Positions 58,575 through 64,000 of a stretch of DNA of 64,000 nt are shown one piece after another. The number at the start of each line of letters is the position of its first letter. The first letter of the stretch is position 1. The stretch lies in the NCBI RefSeq assembly GCF_009914755.1, contig NC_060932.1; one strand, 5' to 3'. This DNA is from the human T2T-CHM13v2.0 reference genome, Homo sapiens. Below the pieces are notes generated by a model. The model saw only the letters and a list, made by a program, of their open reading frames with translations. It was not told the DNA's origin and searched no databases. A program made the position numbers and the translations under genes.

Positions 58575-59965
58575 GAATTTGGTAGCAGGGAAGATTATAG
58601 GCAACAGACCAACAAGGACAGGAATCTAAAACTATCTTCCCCCCTTCTTGGATTTGGAGGTTTTAAAGTTTGGACTCCAAATAGTGGCATAACAGCAACT
58701 TAAAGAATTACTTGTGATCATCTGAATTACAGTGCTTTTTGATGTTATGATTTAATCAGACTGAATATCAATTGTTATAGCATAGTGAAAAGATTGTCAG
58801 GATGATTAGAATTCTGTGAGTGAGGTGGCTACTCTGCCTCCACTGAAAAGTTTAAATAAACAAAATGACATATTTGGCAGTTTAAATTTTCTGCTCAAGA
58901 CACAGTAAGAAAACCAGGCAACTTCTATGATTTTCTTAAATAAACTTCAACTTGCAGCTCCATACAGCTGTTGTAACTGAAAACAGAGTATGATTCTGCA
59001 AAGCAATTGCTAAGTAATAACACAGATGCAATTCACAGCCTCTCTTATGTGAAAGTTAAGGTTGTGATTGTAAATGACAGGGTGCTGAGAACTGGAAGGG
59101 TGACATTTAAAGGAGTACCGCAAACCTGAAGTCCACTAATTCTTCCCTGCCAGCAGAAGTAGCCATTGCTCCCTTGTGTGATAAGGCTGGTCGTGACTTG
59201 TGTAGAGCCCACATAATAATGTCACCTAAAAGACTTACTATTTAAGGAAATGATTATTTTCTCTATGCCCCCACCCTTGACTGCCCCTCATTGCCTTCAA
59301 CTCTATTATTATAATTGATCTCATCCGTCTCTAGGGTCCTAATTACAAAATCAAACCAGAGAGAAGAAGGTTTATACATAAATAGTAACAAAGTTTTGCA
59401 AATTTACTGTATTAGTCTGTTTTCACACTGCTACAAAGAACTTCCCTGAGACTGTGTAATTTATAAAGGAAAGGCTGCGGAGGCCTCAGGAAACTGACAA
59501 TCATGCCACCTTCTTCACAAAGCAGCAGGAGCTAAAAGAAAGCCACTGAAAGAGGAACTGTCAACACTTGTAAAACCATCAGATCTCATGAGACTCACTC
59601 ACTGTCATGAGAACAGCATGATGGAAGCCATTCCCATAATCAAATCACCTCCCACCAGGTTTCTCCCTTGACACATGCAGATTACAATTCAAGATGAGAT
59701 TTGGGTGGGGACACAGAGCCAAAACCTATCATTTATATTGAAAAACACCTCAAGACACTTATGTCAGAATGGATTTTGAGTATTCTAGCTTAGAGACAAA
59801 GAAACACAATTTCGCTTCAGGAATTTATCATCATGAGAAATACTGGATTTGATGTTTTGGCTTGAGTAGCTAAGAGTAGTTCTAATTGTTTAATTACATT
59901 CAGTTGTTTTTTACTGTAACCTGAAGTCAATAATGGCCCACACTAAATAAAGGTGAAATGCCAGA
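58575..59965 (+). mobile_element. Decayed ERVL internal (gag-region) sequence interrupted by a MaLR LTR
   Basis: Follows the LTR33-like LTR/PBS; CTCTTATGTGAAAGTTAAGG, GAATGGATTTTGAG, GGAATTTATC, GGTGAAATGCCAGAA resemble ERVL gag. Confidence 0.55.
59408..59731 (-). mobile_element. MST/THE1D-like MaLR solo LTR
   Basis: TGTATTAGTCTGTTTTCACACTGCTA ... GGGACACAGAGCCAAAACCTATCA; TSD TTTAC/TTTAT. Confidence 0.9.
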
Positions 59966-59974
59966 AACTATCTC

Positions 59975-60300
59975 AATAATTAGGACAGGAGGGAGCTGTC
60001 AGAATTGTGAACAACTCATGCAGCTCTGGGGAAAGAACTCCAGAAGAGAGCAAACAGCAAGTGCTCAGCGAAGGCACTACACAGGAGCATAGCTTGGTGT
60101 TTTTGTGAACCCAGCAACAAGGTCAAGAAAACTGGAGCAGAATCAACAGGGGAAGATTAATAGAAAATGAGGCCAGAAATGTAGCCTGGGGACAGATCAT
60201 GAAGGTCAAAAGAGGCTGTGGAGAGGACTTGAGGGTCTATAATTGTGGCAGAGATAAGAAACCATTGGAGGGATCAGAGAATAGCATGGTGAGCTGAATT
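59975..60300 (-). mobile_element. L2 fragment
   Basis: GCAAACAGCAAGTGC..GAGGCCAGA..GGACAGATCATGAAGG..AAACCATTGGAGGG. Confidence 0.6.
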
Positions 60301-60458
60301 GAACACATATACCACATTCCCCTAATATCCCAAATTATTAGACATAGAATAAAATATGTGCTTACAAAAATAAGAAACCTATAACATAAGGAAACAAGAA
60401 AGAGTGTCATCCATGTAATGGAAATTCTGTAAAAATTTTGCAAAAATAGAAATCAGAC

Positions 60459-60811
60459 TGTATTAGTCTGTTCTCACCATGCTAACAAAGGCCTACCCGA
60501 GGCTAGGTAATTTATAAAGAAAAAGAGGTTTAATGGACTCACAGTTCCACTGACTGGGAAGGCTTCACAATCATTGCAGAAGGCAAAGGAGGAGCAAAGT
60601 CACGTCTACATGGTGGCAAGCAAGAGAGAGCTCGTGTAGGGGAACTCTCCTTTATAAAACTATCAGATCTTGTGACACTTATTCACTATCACAAGAACAG
60701 CATGGGTAAGATCCACCTCCATGATTCATTACTTCTCACCAGGTCCCTCCCATGACATGTAGGAATTACAGGAGATACAATTCAAGATGAGATTTGAATG
60801 AGGACACAGGG
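60459..60811 (-). mobile_element. THE1B/C-like MaLR solo LTR
   Basis: TGTATTAGTCTGTTCTCA..GAGGTTTAATGGACTCACAGTTCCAC..CAATTCAAGATGAGATTTG..GGACACAG. Confidence 0.9.
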
Positions 60812-61104
60812 TCAGATTGACAAAGAAAACTATAGCCCAAGACACCTGCCAGAGGCAAGTGTGTAGGTAGATGAAATTGGAGGCAGAGGTTCTACAAGCA
60901 GAGAGTAGCAAGTAGGATGATCCCTACTACGTCCTGAGTTTGTACTGAGCAGCCAGCAGCAAAAAGGTTGATGCGCTTTCCCCACCCTGCACAAAACAGC
61001 AGCTAAGACTTGGTGGGAACACCTGGGTAATGCCGTCAATGCTAATGGAACACAAACTCCTGCATTAGAAAAACAGGATACCCAGAATAGTAGCTCACCC
61101 TTCC

Positions 61105-61493
61105 TTAATAATCATCTGGAAGAGATTAGCATTTTAACTGAAGGTGTAAGTAAAGCAGATTGCCCTTCCCAGGGTGGGTGAGAATCAACCAATCTTTTGA
61201 GAGCCCAAATAGGGCAAAGGAGAGGAAGAAGTTTGAAACCTCTCTCTCTGCATTAGTCTTCTCCAGCCCTTGGACTGGGCTTTATACCATCCACAGTCCT
61301 GGTTCTCAGGCCTTCAGGCTCAGACTGAACTATATAGCACTGGGTTTCCTGGGTCTCCTGCTTGGAGATAGATGATCATGGGCCTTCTCAGCCTCATAAT
61401 AATGTGAGCCAAGTCTTTATAATAAATCTGTGTGTGTGTGTGTGTGTGTGTGTGTACCTTGGATTCTGTTTCTCTGGTGAACTCTGACTAATA
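61105..61493 (+). mobile_element. MLT2-like ERVL LTR containing (TG)n at 61428-61455
   Basis: GAAGAGATTAGCATTT..AGTAAAGCAGATTGCCCT..CAGGCCTTCAGGCTCAGACTGAA..AATAAAT..TTCTGTTTCTCTGGTGAACTCTGACTAA. Confidence 0.85.
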
Positions 61494-61559
61494 TCTTTCA
61501 CTGCGACACAGTCAACTAATTCAACAACTAGGAGAACTATATTTTGAAGAGAACATGTA

Positions 61560-62500
61560 ATAGAACAAGTAGAACAAATTTAATAAATGTAATTGATAAT
61601 TTCATATTTGGGAAAACAGCAAATCCATGAAAAAAAACAACTAGAGATCCTGGAAATTTAAAAATGATTTTCAAACTTTAAAAAAAAGTAATAAAAAAGA
61701 GAAAGAATGTATAGTTGGGCTGAATTACATAATTAACACAACTGAAGAATGAAATTAATGAGTTGGAGGACTGGGCTGCGGACTACTCCCAGAGCAAAAC
61801 AGAAACAAGCAAGATAGATTGGGATGAAGAAAAAGTTAAATTAAATGACATAGAAGAGATATCTGGAATGCCCAGATTCTATCTAAAAAGAAGTCAAAAG
61901 AGAAGAATAGACATGTTGGAGAAGAAATAATTAAGTATCTTCCAGGAGAAAATTTCTCAGTGCTAAAAAGGATCTTTATCGCAAAGAATGTCAGACAATG
62001 GGAATTCAAAAGAAAGAGCCGTGTTCTGTAGTTAGAAAAAAGGCAAATGACATTTCAAAACCCCCAAAATAAAGGAAAAAGGTCATGAAAGCCTTTTCAA
62101 AAAACGGGAAATCAAATGGAGAAATTAGCCACTAAGAAAAAAGAAATAGACCATCATGGGCTATCTAACTGGTAGCACTGATTGCCAGAAGACAATGGGG
62201 AAATTGTATTACTTAAGGAAAATTATATGAGACTGAAATATTAGACAGTCAAGCTAACATTCAACCAGGAAGGAATAATAAAGACTATTTCAGATTTCTG
62301 AAGACTCAGAAAGTTACCCAATCACAGAGCATCTATAAAAGAAATATTTAGGATACACTCCAGCAAAAATAGAAACAGGAAAAAGAGAATAATTTAGGCT
62401 TAAGCAAAAAATGGTAACAAATAAACCAGTAAAACCTATAGTTAGGTCTAAATAATTATTGATGCATAGTGAAAATATAAATATTCTGAACAAAAATAAA
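61560..62500 (+). mobile_element. Old L1M ORF1-like fragment
   Basis: CAACTGAAGAATGAAATTAATGAGTTGGAGGA, AGAAAATTTCTCAG, ATAATAAAGACTATTTCAGA. Confidence 0.55.
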
Positions 62501-63409
62501 TAACCCTGGGAATAGGTTAGTCTGTAGAAATCATTGAGAAGAGCCTAGAGAAGAGGGAATAGTTGACTCCAAAGAATGGAAATGCTTGGAACATTCCCAA
62601 GCGTGGAGGTAAGTGAATCCCTTCTAGGAGAAAGCAGACCTGAAGCTACATAGAAAGATGCCGTGCTAAGGAATTTGGATGTCAAATTTGCACCTGCAGG
62701 TTTAGTGTCTCCATTTATGGCACCTCTGAACCATAGTTTTGTTGACCCAAGCCTTAACCAAAGCCTTGTTAAAAATCATAGTTGTGGTCTCAGTTTTGCT
62801 GAAGGGAGTTAGGAATTACCTTCTGCCCTCTACATGGCTAACAAAGAGTGAGAAAGGCAGAGAGAGAAAGAGAGACAAAATCGGCCATATTACAAGCTTC
62901 AGAAGCAACATATTAAGTTGAAGGGACCAGAAAGACATATCTGAGAAATTTGTTGCAGGACACACACTAAATTTCAGACATTACCAGCTATAAAGAGGGG
63001 CTAATTTCCAGCAACTTGGTGGGGAATTATACTGAAAAAAAAGTTACTATAAGGAAGTCGAACCTATTTTGTGGCCACATACTGGTAACCTTTATGGGCT
63101 ACAGGAAGAAATTTTATCCTAGTCCTAGCTTAATTATTCAGGAAGCCACAAATGCCACTGAGAACATAAGATGCTCTCAGAAAAATGAAACTATAATTTC
63201 TGCATTCTGTGGCTCAATTAGAGACACCATTAAGTCAGGTGAAAGCAGATTCTTATCAATCTGAAGCTGCCATGAGACCCCAAGCATCCCTACTTTCTTG
63301 GACCTACATAAATCTAATTACATGCTGACAACATGGGTAACACAAGACTCCCCACTGCCCATCAAAGAAAGGACATGTTGAAATTCTGCTCAGATTACAA
63401 TCTCAGTTA

Positions 63410-63545
63410 CAGGGCAAAGAGCTAAAACCTAGAGAAATTAAGAATCATTGGGCTCTTAGCAATCATGTAGCCTAACCACGTGTTCTTCCACTGAAGAAAG
63501 TGAAGCTCAGAGGATTACAGTGATTTTCCTAAGGACTGACATCTA
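63410..63545 (-). mobile_element. MIR fragment
   Basis: CTGAAGAAAGTGAAGCTCAGAGG..AGTGATTTTCCTAAGG. Confidence 0.55.
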
Positions 63546-63654
63546 GAAAGTAAGAAGTAATAAATAACAATTAAAATGTTTAGCTTACTGTATTATTAAA
63601 TCTGTAAAAAAAAAAAAAAAGAATATGTAATCCCATGTCACCCAAGCAAACAAA

Positions 63655-64000
63655 AATCAAATGATTTCCCCATCTGCTGTCTTTTTTTTTTTTCCATTTT
63701 TAGGTTTTTGTTTTATCTTCTTTGTTGGATTTTTTAAGCCATAATATTTTGTATAATTATTAGTGATTTCTCTAGAGATTACAATATGCACCCTTAAACA
63801 CATTTTATCATGAATACTATACCACCTCATGTATAATCTGATAATCTTTACACAGTGAATTCCCATTCCCCACTTTTCACTATTATTACTAGACATTTTA
63901 CTTCTCCCTAAGTTAGAAACTCCACAATACACTGTTACCAATATCTGCTGTAAACAGCCAATTATTTTTCAAATAAATTGAGAAATGAGAACATTCATTA
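63655..64000 (-). mobile_element. Old L1M fragment running off the window end
   Basis: T-rich TTTCTCTAGAGATTACAATATGCACCCTTAA..TTTTACTTCT..CCACAATACACTGTTA. Confidence 0.55.

Noticed and set aside
62560-62615. Strong splice-donor-like GAG/GTAAGT at ~62608
   Set aside because: No convincing upstream polypyrimidine tract/acceptor or coding frame; isolated donors are common.

Overview
This is primate (probably human or great ape) genomic DNA that is AT-rich, CpG-depleted and dominated by interspersed repeats. I found no supportable host protein-coding exon, RNA gene or CRISPR array. The long ORFs come from a disabled 5'-truncated L1PA ORF2; the other ORFs are Alu, LTR or L1 read-throughs, or chance. 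Recognisable elements include about 12 Alus, many old L1M/L2/MIR fragments, a full-length THE1A-type MaLR provirus, several solo MaLR/ERVL LTRs, ERVL pol and dUTPase relics, Tigger/hAT DNA transposons, a MADE1 MITE and a tRNA-Ile-headed ancient SINE. The most striking structure is a recent complex rearrangement at ~10.7-12.7 kb. A ~452-bp unique segment is present twice in inverted orientation, identical except for one A in a poly-A run, around an ~800-bp spacer. One Alu and its host L2 are split there, with their halves on opposite strands. This looks like a template-switch inverted duplication/inversion that could still flip by recombination. Immediately upstream, an L1PA and an Alu occupy the same target site, giving three copies of one target-site duplication. 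I did not find evidence for a new protein-based system. Subfamily names come from recalled consensus features, not a database search, and boundaries of old elements are approximate.
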